A stretch of DNA of 64,000 nt from Octopus vulgaris. Lineage: Eukaryota. Below the pieces are notes generated by a model. The model had not been told where the DNA came from, searched no databases, and was given only the letters and a program-made list of their open reading frames with translations. Below, one piece after another: positions 10,889 to 23,236 of the stretch. A program made the position numbers and the translations under genes. The stretch is taken from NCBI GenBank assembly GCA_951406725.2, contig OX597814.1, positions 67,766,001-67,830,000 of the forward strand, given 5' to 3'. Numbering within the stretch: position 1 is the first letter of the stretch; each line of letters starts with the position of its first letter.

Positions 10889-13800
10889 CAGGTCACTTTC
10901 GAGTGCTGCTGGTAACATGTAACCCAGTACAACCTGTTGCATGGTCGGGCCATCGGCGACTAAACCGGCAACCCCACCAAGCTTGCTTGGTGAGGAGGGT
11001 GTTTATTGGACACCCTGCTGGAGGAAAAACAAAACCCGTCAAAGGGCAGAGGAACTCTTGAGAGTCAACGGCCATCCAATAATTGTGTAATTATATATTT
11101 ACTGTATATCTGCCTTTTTCTCACTAATTTTTATATATTGTATATTTTTATAACTTCATTATATTCATTATATAAATTCTTATATACTTCACATCATATA
11201 TTTTATGTATATTTTGTATATCAATGTTTTTTTTTATATATATATTGTATGTTTTATTTTTTATTTTTTTATTTATTTATTTTTTTCATTATATCAATCT
11301 TATCCAGCTTAAGGCTGTACCATGCGCGGGGACATAGAAATAATTGGACTGAATACCCGATCGCGCGGTTAAACCATTGGGAGTGAAGGACTCCTAGCCT
11401 TTGTTAGGGCATCCTTCTAGGAGAAGGCAACTCAGGTAACTGGGATAACTCCGACATAAAACCTGTGGTTACCGATGATGTTGACTTGTTCTTCTTTTCG
11501 GATTATGGCTGCTGTTGCTTAGTGGGTGGGATTGACTCATTGCACAGCCTTTCCTCACTTGAAAAAAAATCTTCTTGCACAGGCATTGCACGATAACAAC
11601 GTTAATTGATTGATTAAATTGATCAACTAATTCATGATTGTTGATAGTGCTGTGAGTCTCAACTGAATGGCTTAAAAAGCAAATAATTAATGATATAAAA
11701 ATAAATAGCAGTAAGGACTCTGGAACCACATCAGATGAAAGAGTCTGGCACGGCAGGGGCCCCAGAGCATCACAGTTTGAACTCGGCCATCATCATGCTA
11801 CTGTGATAGAACCAAATAAAATATTGAATATTGGCTGTTGGAATGTATGGACACTGCTTGACTGCAAGTCCTCTGAATGTCCTGAACGAAGGACTGCACT
11901 TGTTGCGAAGGAGCTTCAACGCTATGATCTTGACATCGTTGCTTTTATCTGAGACGAGATTACCTGGAGATGGTCATCTTACAGAATCTTGTGGAAAATA
12001 TACATTCTTTTGGAAAGGGAGGAATGAAGAGTTTAGAGGAGAAGCTGGAGTAGCGTTTGCTGTTAAGACTACTCTTGTAGACAAGTTGGAAGAATTCCCT
12101 GTCGGAATTAACAAGCGTCTTATGTCCATGAGAATTCCTTTGGTTAAAGGAAATTATGTGACCTTGGTGAGTGTGTATGCTCCAATTGTGTGCTATACTG
12201 ATGAAGAAAAAATTTCTTTCTACCATGCTTTGGAGGGCAATATAAGAAATATCCCTCGGGCAGACAGTCATCGTACTGGGTGACTTTAATGCTAGAGTGG
12301 GTAGGGATTTTAACACATGGACTGTAATTGGAAAGCATGGGGTGGGAAAGTGTAATAGTAATGGCATCCTTTGTTGCAGATGTGTGAGGAGCTGCGTCTG
12401 TGTGTTACCATTACCATGTTTCAACAAAAGAATAAGTTTAAGACCACATGGATGCACCCTGCATCTAAAGAATGGCATATTCTGGATTACATCCTTGTTA
12501 GAGTGCATGACAGACAGGATGTGCAGTGTGTTCGTGTTCTTCGTGGAGCTGAGTGTTGGACTGACCACCGCCTAGTACATACAAAAGTGAAATTAGTTAC
12601 AAAACATAAAATCCAGGCTGCAGGGATTACCCTGCCTAAAAGACTGAATGTTGATTGTCTTAGGTGTAATAGTGTGAAGAGAACTTTATGAGAGGAAATG
12701 AATGCTGTAGGTATTGGGAAGGATTGGCCGACCCTTAAAAAGTCAGTTTATGATATAGGCAAGAAAGTTCTGGGATTGATACAAAGAAAGCATCAAGATT
12801 GATTTAAAGAAAATGATGAACATATAGATGATTTATTAGCTGATAAAAGATGTACTTTGTCACGCTATCTGTCAGCAAAGCCACAGGAAAGGGAAGTGTT
12901 GCATAGGGAACTCAAGGATGTAAAATCACGTGTGAGGCAAAGGCTTTCTCAGATGAGAGATACATGGTGGAGTAAAAGAGCTGATGAGATACAGGTGGCG
13001 TCGGATTCCAATAACACAAAGCTGTTGTATTGTCTTTTGCGAGAAGTTTATGGACCAACGTCTTCTCTGATGGCACCACTTCGAAGCAGGGATGGTAAAG
13101 AACTTCTTTGTGATTCACAAGGAATTCTGTGAAGGTGGCAAGAACACTTTGATGAAATTTTGAATCAGCAGTCTATAGTTAGTGAGGATGTTCTCAATCT
13201 CACCCATGGATTGCCTGTGACGGCAGCACTCGCAGAACCACCAAAGTTGGAAGAAGTTGCAGTAGCTGTCTCAAGGATGAATAATGGAAAATATCCGGGT
13301 ATGGATGGAATACATGTGGAGTTGTTGCAGCATGGGGGTGAGAAACTTCTGCAGCAACTTCACTCTTTGTTTGGTAAGATATGGACTAGTGAATCTGTAC
13401 CTGAGGGCTGGAGAGATACAGTAATGGTCTTGTATAAGGGAAAGGGCAACAGGAATGATTGTAGTAACTATTGGGGAATATCATTGCTTTCTGTCATAGG
13501 AAAGGTTTTATGCAGAGTACTTCTGGATCACCTGCTGAAACACGTTGCAGATTGTGTTCTTCCAGAAAGTCAATCTGGCTTTCTTGTGGGACGTGGCACT
13601 GCTGATATGATCTTTTCAGCTAGACAGCTTCAGAAGTGTGTGGAACAGGGTCTGGATTTGTATCAGGTTTTTGTCGATCTGACAAAAGCCTTTGATACTG
13701 TTAATAGAAAAGCATTGTGGAAAGTCCTCCAGAAATTTGGGTGTCCTGAAAAGTTCCTTGCTTTGGTTAGGTCTTTTCATGAAGACATGAAGGGTAGGGT

Positions 13801-15264
13801 TAATATTAGGGGGAATATGTCGGAGCCCATTTAAATACAAAATGGAGTAAAACAGAGGGATATTCTAGCACTGACCCTATTTGCCATATATTTTGCAATA
13901 GTTTTCTGTATTGCATTCAGAAACTGCAGATATTGTGTTTACATCCATTATCAAACCTCTGGCAGCATATTTAATATCAGGCACTTTGCTACAAAAACAA
14001 AGGTATTTACCTCTATCATAAGAGACTTTTGTATGCAGATGATTGTGATCTGGTAGCGCACACGGAGATTGATATGCAACACATTTTGAATGCATTCTCT
14101 GATGCTTGCTCTGCCTTAGGATTGACAGTCAGTCTCAAGAAAAATGTTGTCATGTATCAACCTGCCCCTGGTAAGCAGTATAGTGTACCAAATATCTATG
14201 TGTATGGTAAACAACTTGATGTAGTTGATCAGTTTGTCTACCTGGGAGGCACTGTTAATAGATATAGCAATTTGGATGATGAAATTCCATACAGAATTAG
14301 AAAAACAAGTGATGCTTTCGGAAGGCTAGAAAGGTGCCTTTGGAGTATGCAGAAAGACAAAGATAAAGGTGTACAAGGCATGTGTGCTCCCTTCTCTTCT
14401 CTATGCCTGTGAGACGTGGGTCACATATCAATACCACCTTAAACAACTGGAACGTTTCCATCAGATGTGCCTCAGATGGATCCATAGCATTAAGTGGAAG
14501 GACCGCATCAGTGATCTTGAAATATTGGAAGGCTCTCGGTGTGAAAGTATAGAAGCTCTTGTGTTAAAGCAAAGGCTCAGATGAAGTGGTCATCTGGTCA
14601 GTATGAAGGATTCAAGGATGCCAAAACAACTCTTTTATGAAGAGTTAGCTAAAGGAGAACGACCTCCACATAAACCAAAAAAGAGGTATAAGGACTTGCT
14701 GAAGGCTTCCTTAAGAGATGCTTGCATCTCTCCTGACACATGGGAAGGCATAGCTATTGATCGTAGCAGGTAGAGAAGGATTGTACACGAGGGGACAGTC
14801 ACTTTGAGAAATCTCGAGTTGCACATGAGAAAGTAAGGAGGAATGTCAGGAAGGGCATCGCTGTTACACTTCCAGATGGGAAGGGTCTTCCTATGATGCT
14901 GACATGCAGTGTCTGTGCAAGACCCTGCCTCAGTAAAGCTGGACTCAAGAGTCATCTTCATAATCATAAAGCGAGACAGATGAGTGACAACCTGGCCACT
15001 GGTGGTGGTGTTACACACCTTAATTGTCATATCTGTCAGGCATGTCGAAGAGAGTGTAATTCGGCAGGAGGACTTAAACAACATGCAAAGTACATGAAGC
15101 CAGTTACAACTACAGCCGGCTATTGCTGGTAAAGGTTTTAGGTGCCAATTCTGTACAAGACATTGTAGATCTTTAGCTGGGCTAAAAAGTCACATTTAAT
15201 CACAGCACTAATAACAGTTAAGCTTCGTGCAATGGCCATACTCGATAACGAAGAGGCAGCCATC
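10889..15264 (+). mobile_element. Near full-length, inactivated RTE-clade LINE (APE endonuclease, RT, C-terminal C2H2 fingers)
   Basis: [55 protein letters not shown] (~14032), CSVCARPCLSKAGLKSHLHNH. 3' end GAAGAGGCAGCCATC. Possible low-complexity 16 bp TSD ATATATGTATGTATGT at 10873-10888 and 15265-15280. Multiple frameshifts and stops. Confidence 0.9.
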
Positions 15265-15297
15265 ATATATGTATGTATGTGTATATATATATATATG

Positions 15298-15482
<185 letters not shown>

Positions 15483-15519
15483 GTATATATATAAAAAAAA
15501 AAAAAAAAAAAATATATAT

Positions 15520-16295
15520 CCACCACCCTGCCCTGTCCCTAGCCATATTCAGATGGCTTTAGTCCCTTATGTTATCGAGCAGTTACTGTCTATATCCCTT
15601 TTAGAGAATTATTATTGCTTTCGAACAGATTTTCGAAATCAGCAAATGTATTTTGCTTGAAAATCTATATAAGAAAATCCTGCATAGTGAGAATTCGTCG
15701 AGGAAGCGGAGGCCTACCACACGCCGATGATAGGCAATACACCTTGAAACCATGGTCCGTGTGTGGTTTCCGCTTCATCGGGGAATTACCTCCCTTTGCA
15801 GGTTTAGGGCACCGTGACGGTGTCGAGCCTTTCTGGTGACGTCGATGTTCGCCTGGGGCTAAATGCAACAGTAACACCCCCACCACCCTGCCCTGTCCCT
15901 AGCCATATTCAGATGGCTTTAGTCCCTTATGTTATCGAGCAGTTACTGTCTATATCCCTTTTAGAGAATTATTATTGCTTTCGAACAGATTTTCGAAATC
16001 AGCAAATGTATTTTGCTTGAAAATCTATATAAGAAAATCCTGCATAGTGAGAATTCGTCGAGGAAGCGGAGGCCTACCACACGCCGATGATAGGCAATAC
16101 ACCTTGAAACCATGGTCCGTGTGTGGTTTCCGCTTCATCGGGGAATTACCTCCCTTTGCAGGTTTAGGGCACCGTGACGGTGTCGAGCCTTTCTGGTGAC
16201 GTCGATGTTCGCCTGGGGCTAAATGCAACAGTAACACCCCCACCACCCTGCCCTGTCCCTAGCCATATTCAGATGGCTTTAGTCCCTTATGTTAT
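15520..16295 (+). mobile_element. Candidate retrozyme: 2.16 identical copies of a 360 bp non-coding unit, each full unit with a type I hammerhead
   Basis: Units 15520-15879, 15880-16239 and a 56 bp partial, flanked by (TA)n. HHR cacacg CCGAUGA uagg-caauaca-ccuu GAAA c-caug-g UC cgugug at 15718-15763 and 16078-16123. Homologous to the element at 48385-48759. Confidence 0.8.
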
Positions 16296-16302
16296 ATGTA
16301 TG

Positions 16303-16365
<63 letters not shown>

Positions 16366-16376
16366 GTATATATATG

Positions 16377-16411
<35 letters not shown>

Positions 16412-16420
16412 GTATATATA

Positions 16421-16724
16421 TAACGGGAAGCTTTATGAAAATAGACAAAAGACGAAGGCAGGTGGAAAACAAACAAACAATTGTATTAGTATGGCGCTCA
16501 GGAAATATAAATAAAACAAGTCTTTAACGTTTCGAGCCTACGCTCTTCAACAGAAAGATACACAGAGAGAAAAAAACACAGAAAGAAGGAGAGAAAAAAA
16601 ATGCGTGCAGTAACTAACGAATCAACATGGCGATCTGATTTCGGCCAGAAGTCAAAGATCAAACATGAGACGCGAGAGCGAAATAAGGGGAGATAATAAG
16701 GTTGATAACAGGGTTGAATGACCA
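16421..16724 (-). mobile_element. 3' end (pLTR) of a Neptune-like Penelope element
   Basis: Reverse complement of ~44890-45208, flanked by (TA)n. Carries the HHR-like motif at 16521-16558. Confidence 0.85.
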
Positions 16725-16821
16725 CCTATTATATATGTATATATATATATATGTATATATATATGTATGTATATATATATGTATATATATATATATATGT
16801 ATATATATATGTATGTATATA

Positions 16822-16910
<89 letters not shown>

Positions 16911-16916
<6 letters not shown>

Positions 16917-18089
16917 ACAAGTCAAAATAGAAAATGCTAAAATAATTTTATAAAGAACATTTCAGTACCGGTTTCGCTCATTTTGAGACCTTTTCAACTG
17001 TAACAATTAAATAATTAAATTTAGAAAAATTAAAAGAAAGGTTTTTTTAAAGGAATATTTGTATAGTGTTCAAATATAAGTGGCATTCTGCCTTTCTCTG
17101 TCTCCCTTGTTTGCACTTGTGTGTTGGAGGCGAGTTGTGAATTCTTGGTAGGGTAGAAGAAGAAGGTTGATGAGGAGAGGGGGTGGAAAAATTTGGGAGT
17201 GCCTTGATGGTCGTATTTTGAATGGTCAGTAACGGCTAGCAGTTGCAGTTCAATTCAGGAGAATATTTCTATTGAAAGGTTTGTTTATGGAATTTGCGTA
17301 GGTGTTATACTAAAAAGCAATAGTGATAAAGTTAAGAGGTAGAAGGTGGAGCAGAAGAAGAAGAAGAAGATGACGATGTTGATGATGATGATGATGATGA
17401 AGAAGAAGGAGAAGAAGAAGATGATGACGACGACGACGATGATGATGATGATGAAGAAGTAGAGGAAGGAGAAGAAAAAAGAGAAGGGAGAATATGAATG
17501 GGTGAAAGTAGTGAGGTGTTGTATGACTTGAAGTTGGCACGTTATAGATTATAGCTGTGATTGGGGCTGATTTGTAATGGATTCTTTGGAATGTAATATT
17601 TGTGTGTGTATTTCTGTTATTCTAAAGTTGACTTTTTTCTTCTCCTTCCTCTACTTCTTCATCATCATCATTATCATCATCATCGTCGTCATCATCATCT
17701 TCTTCTTCTCCTTCTCTTTCTTCTTCTTCTTCTTCTTCTTCTTCTTCTTCATCATCAACATCGTCATCTTCTTCTTCTTCTTCTTCTTCTTCTTCTTCTT
17801 CTTCTTCTTCTTCTTCTTCTTCTGCTCCACCTTCTACCTCTTAACTTTATCACTAATGCTTTTTAGTATAACACCTGGAACACACAAGTGCAAACAAGGG
17901 AGACAGAGAAAGGCAGAATGCCACTTATATTTGAACACTATACAAATATTCCTTTAAAAAAACCTTTCTTTTAATTTTTCTAAATTTAATTATTTAATCG
18001 TTACAGTTGAAAAGGTCTCAAAATGAGCGAAACCGGTACTGAAATGTTCTTTATAAAATTATTTTAGCATTTTCTATTTTGACTTGTTT

Positions 18090-18092
<3 letters not shown>
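16911..18092. mobile_element. ~1.2 kb foldback element, probably PLE-derived, inserted in (TA)n
   Basis: Outer arms ~16912-17125 and ~17879-18092 are near-perfect inverted repeats, and inner arms ~17300-17490 and ~17632-17876 are also inverted ((GAA)n/(TTC)n). Each outer arm contains an HHR motif. Confidence 0.85.
18004..18041 (+). ncRNA. Minimal hammerhead motif, U3-A8 variant (mirror copy 16963-17000 on -)
   Basis: cag UUGAAAA gg-u-cuca-aaa-ugag-c GAAA ccgg UA cug, with palindromic ACCGGU in place of helix III. Confidence 0.65.
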
Positions 18093-18119
<27 letters not shown>

Positions 18120-18120
<1 letters not shown>

Positions 18121-18249
18121 GGCGCAGGAGTGGCTGTGTGGTAAGTAGCTTGCGTGACATCTTGGGCAAGTGTCTTCTGCTATAGCCCCGGGCCGACCAA
18201 TGCCTTGTGAGTGGATTTGGTAGACGGAAACTGAAAGAAGCCTGTTGTA

Positions 18250-18296
<47 letters not shown>

Positions 18297-18485
18297 TTGT
18301 GTGTCTGTGTTTGTCCCCCTAGCATTGCTTGACAACCGATGCTGGTGTGTTTACATCCCCGTCACTTAGCAGTTCGGCAAAAGAGACCGATAAAATAAGT
18401 ACTGGGCTTACAAAGAATAAGTCCCGGGGTCGATTTGCTCGACTAAAGGCGGTGCTCCAGCATGACTGAAATAAGTAAAAGAGTA
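18120..18485 (+). mobile_element. tRNA-derived, CORE-like SINE
   Basis: Head GGCGCAGGAGTGGCTGTGTGGTAAG (A-box-like) and CORE-like TTGGGCAAGT. A fragment of the same family is at 40949-41043. Confidence 0.75.
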
Positions 18486-18647
18486 AAATAGTATGTATGT
18501 ATGTATGTATATGTATGTATGTATATATATGTATGTATGTATATATGTATATATATAGGTATGTATATATATATGTATATATATATGTATGAATATATAT
18601 ATATATGTATATATATGTATGTGTATATATGTGTATATATATGTGTT

Positions 18648-18690
<43 letters not shown>

Positions 18691-19513
18691 ATGTCTATAT
18701 ATATATGTATATATATATATGTACTAGCATTATGACCCATCGTTGCCGGGTGCATGTATATATGTGTATATATATGTGTACATCTATATATATACATCTA
18801 CACATAAAATACAAAATACAAAGTTATATCTTGATATCGCTAGTGATAACAATACTCAAAATATATAACAGACTGGAATTGTAGGCCCGTCTCTTGCAAT
18901 TTCAATCAATTGTATCTTGTCCTCCCTCTTGTATAGAAGTGTGGCTACAATCCAGCCTATCTCTACTTCTGGGGTGACATTTTAAATTTTTATCTGGGAC
19001 GTCCTACATCCCAGATATAAAGGTAAATATAAAATATTTCCACTATGCAACGTTCGAGTTGAGTACTCCCTTGCACGCTCCATTGACTCAAACCTTGCTT
19101 CTATTGTGGCGAATTTACCACGTCTGGTTAGATACTTGATATCTTTCATAGTCACACCAAGACACTTTTCAATGGTGCTTCCTTCAGGTGTTCAAATCTT
19201 TTTTTTTTCTCTACATTGTATACTTTATAGACAATAGTCTTTTCTTTATTTAATTTTTTATTTCGTTTGGTGGTGTTATCTTAGATTCACCGTCTTTGTC
19301 GGTGATCAATCCGAAATAGGTTTCTATTTCTTCCATTTTAATTTTAATGAGTTTGCACCTGCCGACGGCTGCAGCGAAATTCATTTTTGGACTTTCTTCT
19401 ATCAAAGGCATTCTAACAAAAATGCTTCCGTGTAAACGGTGAAAATATTGTCAATTTCCCCAAATAGGGACACAATTCAATTTTTAAACAATAACCAAAG
19501 CTCCTTCTCCCAA

Positions 19514-21357
19514 ACTTTATAGACCGTTTGGGTGTCGGTTTGGTATCTGGAATGGGATAGCTTACCTCATGAGCAGATAGAAGCTCTTTAATCTTGGTTG
19601 GTAATCTACCTAGGAGAAGGAAACTAAAGAGATGGTGGTGTGGATTTCCACCTCGGCATCCGAAACTCAGAGTTTTATCTTGGCTACCAAATAATTGTCA
19701 CATATTATATTTACATATACATATCGTCATCATCATCATCATCATTTAGCATCCGCTTTCCATGCTAGCATGGGTTGGATGGTTCAACTGGGGCCTGGGA
19801 AGCCAGAAGGCTGCACCAGGCCCAGTCTGATCTGGCAATGTTTCTATGGCTGGATGCCCTTCCTAACGCCAACCACTCCGTGAGTGTAGTGGGTGCTTTT
19901 TACGTGCCACTGGCACAGGTGCCAGACGAGGATGGAAAACGGCCACGATCGGATATTGGACACAGGAATGATATTTGATCACTTTATAGACCGTTTGGGT
20001 GTCGGTTTGGTATCTGGAATGGGATAGCTTACCTCATGAGCAGGTAGAAGCTCTTTAATCTTGGTTGGTAATCTACCTAGGAGAAGGAAATCTCCAAAAT
20101 AAAACCTGAGGCCTTGGAAGTTCCTGGTTTTGTCAATTTTCATGTCACACCAGTGAAAGTCTTCTTGGGCCACTAGGTGGCGGTAGTGCAGTGCAAGCTA
20201 CACCCACTGAAAATTATTCGTCTGCATAAGTACTTCTTGTACACCAAATCTTAGTAAAATTGGTTGGTTCGCAGAAACCTAAAAATGCGCTTGTAACTTA
20301 CTCTGAAATGTTAACAGATTCAGTAAATGGCAAAAAAGGCTTGGAAATGTCAGGGGAACAGGTCTGGCTCAGCAGGTGTCCCAGTGTATCATAGGCTGGC
20401 CCAGTCATCATCCTGCCACTGTGGTTGAACAATCTTTAAGAAAAAGTAGAAATAAACGTTCTCTGAATTTTTGCTCTTGGAATATGATGATAATTGATAA
20501 TTTCAACAAGTGGCCAGAAATGCATACTGACTGCACTTATTGCATGTGAGTTTAAAAAATATTCCCTTGAACTCATCTCTCTGATGAGGGTCAAAAAAAT
20601 GAATCTACTTATTGATATACTATCTTCTGGAGAGACCTACCTGAGGGTCAGTGCAGAGAATCTGGTGTTGGGTTTGCTCCCAAGAATTCATTAGTATACC
20701 CCATTGCAGAATTTCCAAGTGGTATATCTAAACAAACCATGTCATACCATATAAATTACAAAAGGTAGGTGTCTTACCATTGTTAGTATTTATGCACCAA
20801 TAATGTCTCATTCTGATGAAACTGTAGGGCAGTTTTATGATAATCTAACACAGTTATTGATGCAAGTACCAATTTCTGACAAGCTGGTCATATCAGGAGA
20901 TTTCAACACAAGAGCTGGAAATGACTACATTTCATGGCCTGTTTTAGGCTGACATGGGATTGGAAAATGTAATAAAAATGGAGTAGCTCTTTTGACATTT
21001 TGTACTGAAGATAATCTGGTTGGTACCAACACTCTGTTTAAGCAGAAAAATAAATATAAAACCATCTGGATGCACCCAAGATCTGGCATCTCATAGATTG
21101 TATTTTGATCAGAAAGCATGATATGAAAGATGTTTCTAGTGTTTGGGCCATGAGACAAGCATCTAGTGCATGGAAAAATAAATTATTCAATAATGTCTAA
21201 AGCTCAACAGTCTAGTCCTAAGGTACCCAAATGGCTAAATGTTGCAAACTTTAAATTACCAAGCAACTTGCAAAGATTCCACAATGCTATAGAAAGTATC
21301 AATCTTGACTCAAACAATCTATGGGAGGATTTCAAACAAAAATATTTCAGGCTGTAA
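19514..21357 (+). mobile_element. 5' portion of a second RTE LINE (5' UTR plus decayed APE domain)
   Basis: CTAGGAGAAGGAAA 5'-UTR motif, as at ~11417. SIYAP, GDFN.R.G, HGIGKCNKNG..LL..C and TIWMHPRS APE motifs. Confidence 0.7.
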
Positions 21358-21549
21358 GTTAAAAGTTGCATGTATATATATATATGGTCGGGTCATCGGC
21401 GACTAAACTGGCAACCCCACCAGGTTGTCCTTCATTTTTGTTTATTTATATGTTTTTCACCTATCTCAGAACATGCTCTTCTGAAGTTTATTGCAGACTG
21501 TGCATTTAATACCCTCCCTAGTGAAGTACCTGCCATCATAGACTAGTTA

Positions 21550-23210
21550 TTAGTGACTTTAAACTCGAGGCCAAAAGCAGACCAATCTGGAAAAGAAGGA
21601 CTTGGAAGCTTAAGAACCCTTCATATGGTCAGAGATTTAGGGATATCCTTACCGAGAAATTTGATGATAGGGAGGAGGAGTGACATAGAAGGCAGCTGGA
21701 AATTCCTGCAAGACAGCTTGCTGAATGCCACTGACCGAATCTGTGGCTGGTGCAAAATCCCTTCCAGACCTAGGGTAATATGGTGGTGGAACAATACCAT
21801 AGACAAGGCCATTAGAGCAAAAAAACTGTCTTGGAAGGCCTGGAAGGGTTGGGGTAGCAGGAGAATGTATCAGATAGCCAAAGGGAAGCTAGGAGACAGG
21901 TATATATAGCCACTGGGGTATCAAATTATTGGATCAAGTGATGAAAGTTACAGAGAGAGTTAGACTAGATGAGATGCAGTTTGGTTTTGTGCCAGGCAGA
22001 AGCACCACTGATGCTATATTTCTTGTAAGGCAATTGCAGAAGAAATATCTAGCCAAAGATAAACCTCTGTACTTAACTTTTGTTGACTTGGAGAAAGCTT
22101 TTGACAGGGTCCCTTGATCCCTTATCTGGTGGTCAGTGTGGAAACCGGGGATAGACGAGTGGTTGGTAAGAGCTTTACAAGCCCTGTTGGTAGGGTGAGG
22201 TTGGCAGCGAGTATAGTGAAGACTTCTGAGTAGAAGTAGGGGTTTACCAAGGATCAGGCCTCAGCTCCCTCTTATTCATTATAGCCCTCCAGGCAATAAC
22301 AGAGGAATTCAAGACAGGCTGCTCCTGGGAGCTTCTCTATGCTGATGACCTTGCTCTAATAACCAAGTTGCTGCCAGAACTAGAGACAAAGTTTAGGGTG
22401 TGGAAGCAAGGTCTAGAATTGAAGGGTCTTTGGGTTAACCTAGCAAAAACCAACGTCTTAGTAAGTAGGGAGGCTGTCAAATCACAAACCCCTTCGGGTA
22501 GATGGCCCTGCATGATCTGTAAAAAAGGCGTGGGTAGAAACACACCTTTTTCTGCCATCATTCTTGATCACTCTTTCTCTCTCTCCTCTTGCTTTTCCCT
22601 CTGACTAGGTAACCACATATCTCCTGTTTCTGTCCTCTTTTTTGTACCTCCCTCTTTCTCTCTTTCTTCCTCTCCCTCTCTCTTTCACTGGGTAACCATG
22701 TACCTCTTCTATTACAAGACACCTGTTTTTGCCTCTCTATTTATCTGTCACTCTCTAGCCTTTCATCACCTAACATCAGATCACCTCCAGTGCCCCCACC
22801 GTTATAGCAAGACACCTGTTTCTGCCTCTTTCTCTATCATAATCTAACCTTTCATCCTCTGACACAAGTTCCTTCCTCAAATGCCCCTGTCTTGCAAGTT
22901 ACTTGGTAACTCTGCCAGTGCTTGTGCCACATAAAAAGCATTCAGTCCACACAATAAAGTAGTTGGCATTTGGAAGGACATCCACCTGTAAAAATCATGC
23001 CGGAACTAACCTTGCCTGTGCTAGTGCTGCATAATAAACACTGAGTCCACTCTCAGAGTGGTTGGTGTTAGGAAGGGCATCCAGCTGTAAAAGCGTTGGC
23101 AAAACAGACACAGTAGCCTGGGGTAGTCTTCTCCCTGGCCAGTTCTTGTCAACTGTCCTACCCATGCATGCATGCATGAAAGACGGATGTTAAATGATGA
23201 TGATGATGAT
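21550..23210 (+). mobile_element. Internally deleted RTE LINE (RT fragments and (GAT)n-tailed 3' end)
   Basis: DEMQFGFVPGRSTTDAIFLVRQLQ..FVDLEKAFDRVP, LYADDLAL, WPCMICKKGVG. Confidence 0.8.
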
Positions 23211-23236
23211 GTGCGTATATATATATATATATATAT

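Noticed and set aside
10889-11010. Possible twister/HDV ribozyme at the RTE 5' end
   Set aside because: Hairpins are present (e.g. CACCAAGC-TT-GCTTGGTG), but I could not assemble the required pseudoknots by eye.
15615-16246. Duplicated 68-74 aa ORFs in the 360 bp repeat; possible CRISPR-like array
   Set aside because: No recognisable protein and not conserved in the 48385 homolog. The units are wholly identical with no spacers, and the context is eukaryotic.
19540-19612. Possible HDV-like ribozyme in the RTE 5' UTR (CTT-ACCTCAT-GAG resembles P3/L3)
   Set aside because: P1.1 GG, the catalytic C and a clean P2 are missing. A simple hairpin explains the pairing better.
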